Below the pieces are notes generated by a model. It was not told the DNA's origin, ran no database searches, and saw only the letters and a list, made by a program, of their open reading frames with translations. The position numbers and the translations under genes are program-made. DNA of 64,000 bases. It comes from Octopus sinensis (Eukaryota). Positions 1 to 13,934 of the stretch are shown here, one piece after another (within the stretch, counting starts at the first letter, position 1; every line of letters begins with the position of its first letter). The DNA is taken from assembly GCF_006345805.1 (NCBI RefSeq), contig NC_043016.1, forward strand, positions 30,876,001 to 30,940,000, given 5' to 3'.

Positions 1-31
1 AAATGTTTGGAAAAACATTTCATCAATGCAG
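1..31 (+). CDS. Candidate 3' end of an exon of an unidentified gene (…NVWKNISSMQ)
   Basis: Open frame from position 2 ending CAG|GTGAGA. It would splice in phase 0 over a 98-nt GT-AG intron to the candidate exon at 130-240. No protein family recognised. Confidence 0.3.
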
Positions 32-129
32 GTGAGAGTTTGGCAAAATATATCAAGTTATGTCAATGGATGAAAACAAGGAGAACAGGTATTGCATTAA
101 CTTACATTGGTTTTTTCATGAGCCTGTAG

Positions 130-240
130 TATTTTGGGAAAGATTCCTTTTTTCAAATACAAGTAAGAAAACCATTAAAAGGGTCAGAGAAATGTGTTCT
201 TACTGACAAGTCATACTTAATATATGAGAATGGTCTGATG
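130..240 (+). CDS. Candidate internal exon of an unidentified gene ([37 protein letters not shown])
   Basis: Acceptor ttttttcatgagcctgtag, 111 nt with only frame 0 open, and consensus donor ATG|GTAAGT. Unique non-repetitive sequence. A competing minus-strand reading also exists. Confidence 0.35.
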
Positions 241-445
241 GTAAGTACACATTTCTTTGAAATATTTTTGGTTTCTCTTTGAAAAGGAGAATCTTTCCTG
301 AAATATAGTATCATTAAATAACCTATAAAAAGTAATACAGTATTTTTTCTCTTTGTTTTCATTCATTGATATCACCTGGAATATTTTACCTAAATTCTCA
401 TCTGCATGGCTCAAAGGTTTTTTTCTCCAAACATTTATATCACAC

Positions 446-955
<510 letters not shown>

Positions 956-1481
956 TAACCGTATGTTGTTGGACTGGATTATTTTCTCATACCTAAAGGT
1001 CTCATGGTTGCTGTTTGTCAAGAGTATTAATAAGCAAGTCAGAAATAATCTGAAATAATATATTTTATATATGCGTATGATTTGTGTGTGTATCTGTACG
1101 TGCATGTGTGCAAATGCATATTTGTACACACATATCTGTATACGCACACACAGGCACATACACACAAGCTGATGCGTGTGAATGCTTTGTGTAAGTATGC
1201 ATGTATGTGTATACATATATATATGTACATATGTATATCAGTATAGGCATATACATGTATACTTGCATATATATGTGCATACACATAATTATATATATAT
1301 ATATATTTATATATATACATATGAATATACATATTATATATATAAATATTATTATATATATATATATATAATATGCGCATACATGTATACATGCATAAAA
1401 TATACATATATATATATGAATATTTGTATATATCTATGATGTGAGCTTATATATATGTTCATATATTGGTAGATGTATATG

Positions 1482-1518
<37 letters not shown>

Positions 1519-1888
1519 AACACTTTATAAGCATATGTATACACTATGCACATACATATATACAATATATATACATGCATTTATATGTGTGTGTGTTGTC
1601 TCTAAGTATATATGTGCATGTGTGTATGTATAATTGTTTAATAACAATCTGTTAAAAATCTATTTGTATATTTCCTTTTTTTTATTATTATTATTATTAT
1701 TTTCATCACATTTTAGATCAATTACTGATGAAATTAACTACAATAAATTTATAAACACATTCATATATTTCTAGAAACAGTTTATTAGATACTTAAAAGA
1801 AATTTGTTAAAAAATGATTTCTTGTGTTTCTAGTCTATGCATCTGTACATTTTATAATAAATTTTTTAATTACACACGGTGTATTTTG

Positions 1889-1941
<53 letters not shown>

Positions 1942-3489
1942 CAGTTATTTAGTAAAATTTTTAAAAGCAGTATTCAGGTGTTGAACATAAAATTATGCTG
2001 GAGTAACAGAAAATATAAGTCAAGACTAACATCACATGCATATTTATGATTTAACTTTGCAATAAGAGAAAATATAACAAAAATAATAATAGGGCAGTGA
2101 ATGGTGATATCATTAAATCATTGGACAAAGCAACATACAGTATTTAGTTATTGTGCTTAACATTCTATGTTCAAACTTCTCTGAGGTCAAATTTACCTTT
2201 TAAATTTTCTTGGGTGGGATGGCAATCAATAGGATAGAATACCAGCCGTGGTCTTTGATCTGTTTATATTTTTGCAATGATTCCTCCAATATGTGAATGG
2301 AGTTATAATAGAATATCCTAAATATCTAATAGATTAATGGTCTTAAAATCTCTCAGACTTATTGAAAATTATTTTGGTGTTTGAGAACATTAATTATATT
2401 AATTATATAAAAACTTAATTTAAAAAAATTTTTTAAACATTCTTTAATTATAAACAAAATCAATTCAAAAAGAAGTGTTACTTTCAATTTAATTCTTTAT
2501 ATAAGACAGTGAAAAGATCTAAAATGTTTTGTAAAAATAAAGTATGACATGTTATTTTGCGTATGCATATAATCTGTATTCATGCATTATGTATGTGTGA
2601 ATATGTTACACATGTAACAAAGTTGAAAGCACAAATATATTTTCGTTAGTAAATTTATATTCTCTTTTTCTCTGAATCAAAATTTAGAAATTTTTGAGGG
2701 AACAAAAGTAAATTTTTTTTTTAAAGAAAAAACATGATTTGAAATCTACATTTGACAGTTGATGTACAATTACATCTTCACACACACAACACCCCACAAC
2801 ACATACTAATTTATAATTGAGTGTGTTTATGAATTTGAAAATACAAACAGCCATATACATACATGTGTACATGCATGTATATATACATGCATAAATATAT
2901 GTATGTTTGTATGTATACACACACATACACATTCACGCATATACATAGATGTATACAAATAATAAATGCATCTCCACACGTATATAAAAAGCACTGGCAC
3001 ACAGACATTTGGGTTTGCATTGGTATTCATAAAAGATTATGTGCAATAATATATCTTCATGCGGTATAAAACACCATTCACTAATTAACCTTGACTATTT
3101 CACAAATTTTAAAACATGATTTGAGCAATATTACATGCAATTCTGCATGTGAGTCTTTAACCCTTACCATTATCATTACGCAAACATATACTTTTTTTTT
3201 TTTCACCAATATCCTTGCTTTGGATGATGAGATGACATTGTTGAAGAAAAAGAAATGTTATAAATTAAATTTGCATTTTTTTATCCTCAAATTTTATTTA
3301 ATTCATTTATTTGATGATTTTTTTTTATTGTACTATATTTAATCATTGTTTGAAACCATTCAGTTCAAATTCCACCATAGTCAACTTTTACCTTTCATCT
3401 ATCTGGGGGTTGATAACATATACTAAAGTTGATATAAATGACAATACATCTCCCCAAAAATGTGTGGCCTTTCGCCTATGTTAAAACTC

Positions 3490-3579
3490 ATTATTATTAT
3501 TATTATTATTATCATTATTATTATTATTATTATCATTATATCATTATTATTATTGTTGTTGTTGTTGTTATTATTATTA

Positions 3580-3611
<32 letters not shown>

Positions 3612-3625
3612 GTTAACATTATTAT
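3490..3625. repeat. Compound (TTA)n/(TTG)n microsatellite
   Basis: Direct inspection. Confidence 0.95.
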
Positions 3626-5159
3626 TAAAGTAATTTATGGCAGAATAAGTGGAGCAATGAATCAAATGCTATGTGGTTATGATTAGTTATATCCCTTTAT
3701 GTTCTGTGTTAAAATCCCACTGAGATCAACTTTGCCTTTCACCCTTTTCAAGATCAATTGAATAAGTAGCAGTCAAGTGGTTGAAGTTTTGATTTAATTG
3801 TTGATTTTAATTCCCCACCGAATTTGTGGCATTGTGCCTATGTAAGAAGTTATTATTATTATTAATCTGTAAAAACCTGCATCTCCAAGAAAGTCTCATG
3901 CAATACTGAATATTGCCATAATAATGATGACTTTTTTTTTTCCAGGATAAACACCTGCACATGCACAAAAACACACATATACACACATATTAAAAACAAA
4001 TACGCAAGCACAAATAATCATTACACACCAATACATGTTGATAGATATTTCAAAAAATATAATCAATTCTTTGTATCAAAAACTTGTGGATGTCCATGAT
4101 CCTTCATGGATAAAAATTGGAGAGAGAGTAAATATAACCACAAACATATGAAATAAAGAAGTGAAATTAAGAGTCTTCATTTTGAAATACTTTCTATAAT
4201 GAAGCCTAACAATTTCTTTACAAGCATCACATTCAGCATTTTCATGCACTGCATATGTATCTTTAAACATATGTTATACGTATAAACCTGCATATTCTGA
4301 AATACACACACACATGCAGACTCACATATATATTAAACACACATACATACACATGTAACACACATGTATATACATACATACACACATAACACACACACAC
4401 ACATATAAATATTCTTTAGATCATCTTATGTCACCAAAGCTATTCTCATGGAACACAATGTATGTATATATATACATATATATATATTATCTGAAGTGTA
4501 TAGTATTATATATCCATTATGGCTAAACTTACCAATCAGTTTCACTCCAGGGATTCGATGGAATGTTAGGTAATAACTTGATTATGTAACCTTGTGCTCA
4601 TAAGAGATAGCCAATATGGAATGTAATGATCAGCTGTAATGGATATATAACACTTCAGATAATATACCTACCCTCTTGACAGATATACGAGAGCATTTTT
4701 TCTTTCTTACAGACTCTATGACAACTTACATATATACATACATACATACATACATATACATGTGCATGCACACACACACACACACATCAACAAGCTCAAT
4801 TGCATATATACACAAACATGCAATTTTTTCTGTTCACAGAATCTGTAGATATTTAATACCATTCTAAAAATTCCTTTGCTAAAAGTATATTTTGTAACTG
4901 TATATTAGAAAGCATGTGACTTAAAACCTTAAAACTATTATTTTTACTTCTCTAAACGGCTCAAAATTCCAGTTCTCCATAAAAAAAAAATTATATTAAC
5001 AATAAAAAAACAGCCAAAAGCTCAATTTTACCAAATTATATCAATTAACTGGAAGTCTGGTTGCAATAATAACAACTTTTGAACCGTTAATGTATCAAAC
5101 TACCAATGTTTGTTTGATTGTTATATATTTTTTTGTTCTTTTTTATTGCTCCTTCACAC

Positions 5160-5430
5160 AATACTACACACACACACACACATATATATACACACACACA
5201 CACATATTCATATATATGCATTCATTTGTGTGTTTATATGTATATGTATGCATATATATATATGTGTGTGTGTATGTATATATATATATGTGTGTGTGTA
5301 TATATATATATATGTGTGTATGTATATATATATATGTGTATGTATATATATATATGTGTGTATATATATATACATATATATATATATGTATGTATGTATG
5401 TATGTATATATGTATGCATATATGTATATA
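5160..5430. repeat. (CA)/(TA)/(TATG)n microsatellite tract
   Basis: Direct inspection. Confidence 0.95.
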
Positions 5431-6101
5431 ATGACAAATATTTTTTAAAAGATGGAACGTGCAAATCCTTTTACTACTTCAATTTACAATTGTTTTCTCA
5501 TTGGCCAACTTAATCTGTCTTGCATCATTATGAAATAATTCCTTCAACTGTTGATTAATTTTCATTAACTTTCCTCCATAATACATGTTGAAAACTGGCT
5601 TTTCAGAATTGTGTAAAAAATTATATGAATGTATGTACACCAAGTAGGGCATATCACATTATAAAAACAAATGAGTCCCAAGAGACACATTTATCAAATG
5701 CGGGTTATTTTGTTTAGATGGGATAATTGTCTGTTGTATTAATTAGTTGTTCAGTACACTACTAACAACATGATTAATGGTTGTTTGCTTCATTAAATAA
5801 AATGTTAAGATGCTATGTCATTTTTAATTACTTTTCTTCAAGACTATTAAGTAGACTTATTGTCTTGTCTTTGAGACTGAGCGATTTTTAAACACAGTTC
5901 TGCAGAGTTAATTTTCAACATGTGTAAAGGAGGAAACCTTAAACAGCACGTGTGATTTAATCATTAAAACATAATGACACAAGATTAATTATACAAGATT
6001 ATGGCAAAGCAATTGTAAATTGAAGAAGTAAAATTAGTTGCTCACTCCATTTTTTAATATTCGTCATTATAAATACTCTATGGATATTTGTGGATTTTCA
6101 G

Positions 6102-6175
6102 GTATTTGTCTGGAAGAACAAACGATCTCCAATTTTGAATTTTGTCTGATAGCCACTATCCGTAGATGTGCTTAA
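6102..6175 (+). CDS. Candidate terminal coding exon ((G)ICLEEQTISNFEFCLIATIRRCA*) of an unidentified gene
   Basis: Acceptor gattttcag, phase-1 open frame ending in TAA at 6173-6175, in a unique island between microsatellites. No family recognised. Confidence 0.22.
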
Positions 6176-6199
6176 TATGGTAAATACTAATGAACTTAT

Positions 6200-6249
6200 A
6201 ATACATATATACATACATACATACATACATACATACATACATACATACA

Positions 6250-6285
<36 letters not shown>

Positions 6286-6746
6286 CATACATGCATGCAT
6301 GCATACATATATATATATGCACACACACATTTATATACATATATATCTATATGCAGCATATGTGTGTGTATACATGTATGTATGCATGTATAATATATAT
6401 ATTTACACACACGCATGTATGCATATATAATATGTATAATTATATCTATATATAAATATTTATATGATATAAATATTCATCACAAATGCATGTATGCGTG
6501 TGCATGCTTATATGTTTATAAAAATGTGTATGTGTGTACATACACATCATTTATATTATAGATATATATGTACATATATATTTTATTTATATATATTTGT
6601 ACATATGTATATATATATACACACATGCACACACATCCATATATATGTATGTATAAACATATATATATGTGTATGCTTATATATGTATTATGTGCTATGG
6701 TGTATGTATATGTATGTGTATATATATGTATGTATGATGTGTGTAT

Positions 6747-6797
<51 letters not shown>

Positions 6798-6895
6798 CGA
6801 CACATGCATATATATATATATGATCGACACATGCATATATATATGATCAACATATATATATATATGCACATATGTATACCATATATAAACACTTA
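6200..6895. repeat. (TACA)n/(TA)n tract including a short tandem unit atatgatcgacacatgcat
   Basis: Direct inspection. Confidence 0.9.
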
Positions 6896-7075
6896 TACAA
6901 ACACAGTTGTCTTCAGTACTGCCAATAAAGTGACTTTCTGTTGGAATCAATAAAAGAGTAAATACATCCATAAAAGTTAAATTTAAAAAAAAAAATGAAT
7001 AAAACTTTTGTTTGAAAACTAATATTGGCATTTGTATTTTGTTATTAATAATGATAAGGCTTAGGCAGTGAGCTG

Positions 7076-7380
7076 AGGTACATGGCCTAGTGGTTAGAGC
7101 AGCGGACTCACGGTCGAGGGACTGCGGGTTCAAATCTTAGACCGGGTGATGTGTGTGTTTAGGAGTGAAAACACCTAAGCTCCACACGGCTCCAGCAGAA
7201 GGTAATGGCGAACTTCTGCTGACTCTTTCGCCACAACTTTCTCTCACTCTTTCCTCCTGCATCTTGCAGCTCACCTGCGATGGACCGGCGTCCCATCCTG
7301 GTGGGGAGCCTATACGCCAAGAAACCGGGAAACCGGCCCTTATGAGCCAGGCATGGCTCAAGAAGGAACAAACAACAACC
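7076..7380 (+). mobile_element. Full-length tRNA-derived SINE (305 bp) with 16-bp TSD, nested in another SINE
   Basis: tRNA-like head (TGGCCTAGTGG A-box, GGTTCAAATC B-box) and (CAA)n tail. Identical flanking repeat cttaggcagtgagctg at 7060-7075 and 7381-7396. Second copy at ~42436-42720. Confidence 0.9.
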
Positions 7381-7721
7381 CTTAGGCAGTGAGCTGGCAA
7401 AATCGTTAGCATGGTGGTGAAAATGTTTAGTGGCATTTCATGTCTTTACATTCTGAGTTCAAATTCTGTCAGGGTTGACTTTGCTTTTCATCTTTTGAAG
7501 TTGATAAAATAAGTAACACTTGAGCACTGGGGTCAATGTAGCCAACGCAACCCCTCCTCCAAAGTTTCTGGCCTTGTGCCAAAATTTGAAATTAAATAAT
7601 GGTAATGTTGTTAATAATAATTACTGACCAGTGGATTATTTCAATCTGTTCTTTTTGATAACATATTTATAAATCACTTTATCACTTTGCATCATTAATA
7701 TCCTCATAAATGCTATGCAGG

Positions 7722-8115
7722 TGCAGGGGTGGCTGTGTGATAAGTAGCTTGCTTACCAACCACATGGTTCTGGGTTCAATCCCACTGCGTGGCACCTTGG
7801 GAAGGTGTCTTCTATTATAGCCTCAGGTCAAACAAAGCCTTGTGAATGGATTTGGAAGATGGAAACTAAAAGAAGCCTGTCATAGATATATATATATGTG
7901 TGTGTATGTATATGTTTGTGTGTCTGTGTTTGTTCCCCCCAACATCGCTTGACAACCGATGCTGGTGTGTTTACGTCCCCGTCACTTAGTGGTTCGACAA
8001 GAGAAACCGATAGAATAAGTACTAGGCTTGCAAAGAATAAGTTCTGGGGTCGATTTGCTCAACTAAAGTGATGCTCCAGCATGCCCACAGTCAAATGACT
8101 GAAACAAATAAAAGA
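7722..8115 (+). mobile_element. SINE family A (tRNA head, CORE-like segment ggcaccttgggcaagtg, internal microsatellite)
   Basis: Head ggtggctgtgtg…ggttcaatccc and tail gtcaaatgactgaaacaa. More than 12 related copies in the window. Confidence 0.85.
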
Positions 8116-8807
8116 ATACTTCAACTTTCTGTTCATCAATCATAAACTTAATCCATCATTTGGTCGAACACTACCAGTTGCCACTTAGATTATTTTGTAG
8201 AATCCATTCTGATCAAGTATTCAAGTATTATACTTCTGTAACTCTTTGTATTTCTTCCTCCCTTCCATGTGTTATGAAGTCCCTGGAGAAAAATGTAATT
8301 TATTGTTTTCAAAACCATGTTTTTACAATCAACATATGTCACTAGTACCTGTCATCTTTGGTCCTGTTTGACACCTTAACTTCAACTCTTTTTCCACGAT
8401 TGGAACATCATCTCTTTATTCTTATAAATAACTGCAAGTGTAGCTATGTGGTAAGAAGTTTGATTTCCAACCACATGGTTCCAAGTTCAATCCCACTTTG
8501 TGGAACTTTGGGTTAGTGTCTTCTATTAGAGTCCCAAGCCAGCCAAAACCTTGTGAGTGGATTTGGTGGACAGAAACTGAAAGAAGCATGTGTGTGTGTG
8601 TGTGTCTCCTTGCCTTTGCATTGCTTGAAAATTGTAAGCAAGTGTCATTCATTCCTAATCTTCCATGAAAAATATATCTGGTCATGGATAAATTTTACCT
8701 TACTTGGAAATAGGCATGGGTTGGTGACAGGAAGGCATCCAGCTGTTGAAAAATCTGCCTTTTAACTAAATTCCATCCAACCTATGCAAGCATGGAAAAG
8801 GCCGTTC

Positions 8808-9005
8808 AAGAATTTGGACCTGGAGATCTCCATTTCCAGCGACTTCGAGGGCCACCTCCCAGTGGCGTCGGGTGTCAACAAAGGGCCCTCAACTACAAGA
8901 CGACCAAAGTTTTTTTTTTCCAAGGTCTGGGGTCTCCTGCCCCTAAGCCCTAGACCATCACCTAATCACCCTTACCCATCTGGTTGCATAACAACAACAA
9001 CAGCA
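8808..9005 (+). repeat. Dispersed ~190-bp GC-rich repeat, copy 1, with (CAA)n tail
   Basis: Highly similar to 9665-9880 and ends in (aac)n. Probably a retroposon 3' end. Confidence 0.8.
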
Positions 9006-9472
9006 TGGAAAAGTGAATGTTAAAAGCAGTGATGACTTCTATAGACCTTGTTCTGCTAAAATTTCTTCTCTCGAACTTTCTCTTAAAGTTACTAAACAAG
9101 TAACTTGTCTGTCTGCTAATTCTCATCTTTTTGCAGTTCTCTCCCCCCTTGAAGAAGCATTGCTACTCTAGTTGCTTCTTTCCTCCAGTATCCATCTTAT
9201 GGAACTCTGTTCCTATTTGTTTCTCTTGGCAATCTAATCAATATAATCTTAATCCTCATAAATCTTGAGTTGATTATTTAACGATTTTTTTATAGCAGGT
9301 CCTCATTAGAATATATTTCTTCACATTGTACCTTCACTTTTGTAATTTCCAATGAACTCAATATTTTACTGCTGTGCTGTCTTGTTGAAGGTGGTTTCCT
9401 GTTGCCATGAAAAATACGACCTAAAGTGCTGCAAATTGCTTGCTGTTGTTGTTAAATGTGTTGTAAAGATAG

Positions 9473-9603
9473 TGCAACCATATTCTTTAAATGAAATTCT
9501 TTTTTGGTCATGTGTAAACATCATCAACAGCAGCATCAGATGATGTTTATGATGATGTTTACACGTGACCAAAAAAAAATTTCATTTAAAGGATATAGTT
9601 GCA
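9473..9603. repeat. Inverted repeat / hairpin with ~54-bp arms
   Basis: Arm 9473-9526 is the reverse complement of 9550-9603 with few mismatches. Confidence 0.85.
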
Positions 9604-9664
9604 TTATGGATGGGTTGGTCTTCATTTAAAGAATTATGGTAAACATCAGCAGCAGCAGCATCTG

Positions 9665-9880
9665 CCATTCAAGAATTTGGACTTGGAGATCCCCATCTTC
9701 AGCGACTTCAAGGGCCACCTCCCAGTGGTGTTGGGTGTCAATGAAGAGCCCTCAACTACAACAAGACGACCAAAGTTTTTTTTTCCAAGGTCTGGGGTCT
9801 CCTGCCCCTAAGCCCTAGACCATCACCTAATCACCCTTACCCGTCTTGTTGCTTAACAACAACAACAACAACAGCAGCAG
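9665..9880 (+). repeat. Dispersed ~190-bp GC-rich repeat, copy 2
   Basis: Highly similar to 8808-9005. Confidence 0.8.
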
Positions 9881-10079
9881 CAGCATTATCATCATCATCA
9901 TTTAGAGTTTGTTTTCCATGCTGGCATGAGTTGGACAGTTTGACCTGAGCTAGCAAGCAGGAGAGCTGCATCAGATTCCATTCTGATCTAGCTTGCTTTC
10001 TATGGCAGGATGCCCTTTTTAACATGATATTTGTGTTAGAATTGTGATGTTGCATGTTAGTGAAACACAGGCCTTGCAT

Positions 10080-10420
10080 ACAGAAGACTTGCAAAGACTA
10101 GAAAGCTAGCAGGTTTGAATTGATGTATAAAGTTAGTACATAAATAACAGAAAGCAAATGACCCAAGAGAGAAACTGGACATAAGGTGTAATGTACAAGA
10201 GTGGAGGAGGCTTTGTTGTATGGGCATGTAATGTGTATGAAGGATGATGGCTCGTACGAAAAGTACCATGCACTCTGAGTTAATGGGACCTATGGAAGAG
10301 GGGATAAAGAGTTGAAGGCTGATCTGAAGATGCTTCGTCTTAAGGAGGAGATAGCAAAGACTCTGCTAACTGGTGATATGTAGTGCAAAAGAGGACCCAT
10401 CCACCCATGGTAAAATATAC
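10080..10420 (+). mobile_element. Degraded RTE-clade LINE 3' fragment
   Basis: Broken translation resembling RL.WYGHVMRM…KK.H.L.V.GT.GRG; related to 36880-37310. Confidence 0.65.
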
Positions 10421-10597
10421 ACTAACAAAAGAGTAATGTTTAAAATGCTGTAACATATATATATATAGGAGTGGCTGTGTGGTAAGAAGTTTGCTTCCCA
10501 ACCACATGGTTCTGGGTTCAGTCCCACTGCATGGCACTTTGGGCAAGTGTCTTCTACAATAGCCTTGGGCTGAACAAAGCCTTGCAAGATGGCAACA

Positions 10598-10895
10598 TGA
10601 CTCAGTGGTTAGAGCAGCAGGCTCACACTCATGAGATAATGAGTTTGATTCCCAGACAAGGTTGTGTGTTATGTTCTTGAGCAAGACACTTTATTTTACA
10701 TTGCTCCAGTTCACTCAGCTGTAGAAATGTATTGTGACATCACTAGTTCCAAACTATTTGGCCTTTGCCTTTCCCTTGGATAACCTTGGTGGCATGGAGA
10801 GGGAAGGCTGGTATGCATGGGCAATTGCTGGTCTTCCAGAAACAACCTTGCCTGGACTTGGGCCTCGGAGGGTAACTTCCTAGGTGCAAACCTCT
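10598..10895 (+). mobile_element. SINE family D (tRNA head, body gctccagttcactcagctgtagaaatg)
   Basis: A/B-box-like head. Related copies at ~47530-47850 (+) and ~41880-42225 (-). Confidence 0.8.
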
Positions 10896-11102
10896 CTGTT
10901 ACTGGTGGTACAAAAGAAAAAAAACACCCACAACACATTGTAAAGTGGTTAGCATTAGGAAGAGCATCCACCTGTAGGAATTATGCCAATGTAGCCAAAT
11001 CAGTAGACACTGGAGCCTGATGCAGTCCTCGGACCATCAGATTCTGTCAAACCGTTCAACCCATGCTAGCATGAAACACGAACTTTTTAAGATGATGATG
11101 AT

Positions 11103-11149
<47 letters not shown>

Positions 11150-11242
11150 TAATACTTTTTGTTTGTACTCCACCTGCCTTCGTCTTTAGTTTATTGTCGT
11201 AAACCTGCCTTCGTCTTTTGTTTATTTTCATAAACCTTCCCG

Positions 11243-11289
<47 letters not shown>

Positions 11290-11299
11290 ACACAGCTGC

Positions 11300-11620
11300 A
11301 TCCTCATTACATGAGAAAAGCCATTGCCAAGAAGACTTACTGAAATGATTCATGATTGTTGCCATGTGATGCCCTTATATGACTTTTAAGCCTGGCCAGG
11401 CTTTTACACATTTTATTACATACTGGACAACTGTGCTGGCTGGCAGGAGAAACAGGTGCCACCACATGCACTCTCTTAACATGTCTTTTTAGGCCTCCAA
11501 CTGAGAGACACGCCCTTCTAAATTTTCTGTTGTGAATTTCAATAGCTACATCATTGTTTATTATGAGTCGATTTCTGTGAAATTTTGATGGCTCACCAAG
11601 CCTGCATAACTCAACACCAC
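11300..11620 (-). mobile_element. LINE ORF2 3' end with C2H2-like zinc fingers (RTE-like)
   Basis: ORF 11337..11654: …CLSVGGLKRHVKRVH…CPVCNKMCKSLARLKSHIRASH. Confidence 0.6.
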
Positions 11621-11798
11621 CCCCGCAACACAACACCACATAAAAAAGCAACATTCTCTAACTTCCAACAGGTTCCCCCTTCTAATCTCCCTCCTAATTC
11701 TCTCATACTTCACTCTCTCCCTCACAAACCTTATATATATATATATATATTATATATATGTATATATATGTATACACATATATATATCACACACACAC

Positions 11799-11850
<52 letters not shown>

Positions 11851-11865
11851 TATATATAATATATA

Positions 11866-11901
<36 letters not shown>

Positions 11902-11999
11902 TGTATATACATATATATACATACAGACAGACAGACAGACAGACGATAGGTAGAGGTTATAAAAAGGGGAGTCTTCAACCTCTCTATTCAAGGTTTAGC

Positions 12000-12730
12000 T
12001 CCCAGTGATAGAATTTCTTTTCTAATTCCTCTATAGATTCAGTTATGAGATTTAGATTGCCAGCATATAGGAGTTTCCATAAACAGTCAGTCTTAAATAT
12101 CTCTGTGATGGTCTGTAGACTATAAAGAATAGGAGAGGACTAAGGAGTGAGCTTTAATGAACTCCAGCTCTCATAATTAACTTCTCACTGAAATTATTGT
12201 TGACTCATATAACAGCGTCTTTATACATAACCTGTACAGCCTTCACAAGCCATTCATCCACATGTACTTTCCTCAGGCACATAAAAAGCACCAACCGATC
12301 ATGGCCGTTTGCCAGCCTCCCCTGGCACGTAAAAGGCACCCACTATACTCACGGAGTGGTTGGCGTTAGGAAGGGCATCCAACTGTAGAAACACTGCCTG
12401 GTGCAGCCTCCTGGCTTCCCAGACCCGAGTCGAACCGTCCAACCCATGCCAGCATGGAAAACGGATGTCAGAGAAAGCTAGCAATAGTGGGTTACTCTTA
12501 GCCAAGTACTCTTCCTGCAGTTACCTCACCAGGAAAATTTCGTTCATGGTACCTCTTCCAGACCCCAAACCAAGCTGCATCTGATCTAGATCTACTTTGT
12601 CACATATCAGCTGTGCCGTAACTCTCTCCATGACCTTCGTAACCTGATTCAGTAATTTGAATCCTCTATAATTTCGCCTCTGTAAAGCATCTCTTTTGCC
12701 TTTGTATCAGTTTACAATGACATTGCTATA
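12000..12730 (-). mobile_element. Degraded RTE reverse-transcriptase fragment interrupted by a family-B SINE-like element (~12285-12470)
   Basis: Broken minus-strand translation LRKVHVDEWLVKAVQVMYKDA…GVH.SSLLSPLLF, plus remnants of the upstream RT region. Confidence 0.7.
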
Positions 12731-12795
12731 ACAGTTATACATGTATCTAAGTTACAAAACAATTTGTCATGATATTAGAAATTTCTTATTGTTAA

Positions 12796-13016
12796 CCCTT
12801 TCGTTACCAACCCGGCTGAAACCGGCTCTGGCTCTTTAGTATAAATGTCTTGTTTTCATAAGTTTTGAATTCAAAATTTCCACCAAATTTTAGTCACAAT
12901 TTATGTTCCTAACACTAGCTCAATGATAACGATGTTATTTTACTAAATTCTTTCTTATATTTAAAATAATTGGAAGAAACACAGAGCATCTCAAAATAAA
13001 TACAGTAACGAAAGGG
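12796..13016. mobile_element. piggyBac-like MITE
   Basis: TTAA|CCCTTTCGTTAC … GTAACGAAAGGG|TTAT: 12-bp perfect TIR with TTAA-type target site. Diverged relative at ~34815-35026. Confidence 0.85.
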
Positions 13017-13147
13017 TTATATAACACTTCATCAAACTATTTCTCTGTGTCACACACACACACACACACACACATACAAACACATACAAACACACACACA
13101 CCTGCGCACACACATATACATATATAGATAGATATAGATATATGTAT

Positions 13148-13216
13148 AAGAAGGGATGATCACTAAGTGGACATCCAATATGCTAGAACAAGATCACTTA
13201 GTGATCATCCTTTCTT
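13148..13216. repeat. Short inverted repeat (22-bp arms) within microsatellite
   Basis: aagaagggatgatcactaagtg … cacttagtgatcatcctttctt. Confidence 0.8.
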
Positions 13217-13934
13217 ATATGTCTGTAATACAATTTTTCTATATGCTAGGCTACTGGTTTTAAATTGATGTTAATTAAATTAATATTCAATTTATCACCG
13301 TCATTATTTAAATTTTATGTGTGTGTGGTGTGTATAGATAGATAGATAGATATACACACATACATACATACATACATACATGCATACATGCATACATACA
13401 TGCATGCATGCATGCATACATACATACATACATACATACATACATACATACATACTACATACATACATACATACTATATATAATATATATATATATATAT
13501 TATATATATATACATCTCTTTTACATGTTTCAGTCATTTAACTGCAGTTACACTGGGGTACATCTTTCAAGTGCTTAGTCAAACAAATCATGCTAGTTCT
13601 TATTTTTTATTAAGTGATAGTCATTTCATTAGTATCTTTTACTGAACTGCTAAGTTATAGTGGCATGCACAAAACAACACTAGCTGTCAAACAGTGGTAG
13701 AGTCAAACACAAACACAAAGACACACATGCATCCAAATTCACTCACCAGGCATTGGTCAACCTGGGGTTACAGTTTCTGTAGAGGACACTTGCCTAAGGT
13801 GCCACACTGTTGGACTGAACCTGAAACTACTTAGTTGCTAAGCAACTGTCTTTACTACACAGCCATGTTGTCTGTACCTATATATATAGGCGCAGGAATG
13901 GTGGTGCGGTAAGAAGCTTGCTTCTGTGCATGCG

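Noticed and set aside
4076-4270. 64-aa ORF with a CxxC motif (ECDACKEIVRL)
   Set aside because: There is an upstream in-frame stop, no consistent splice path and no recognisable family.
7076-7145. tRNA-like sequences (also at ~23320-23390, 10600 and 47530)
   Set aside because: They are SINE heads continuing into SINE bodies and lack a proper acceptor stem, so they are not tRNA genes.
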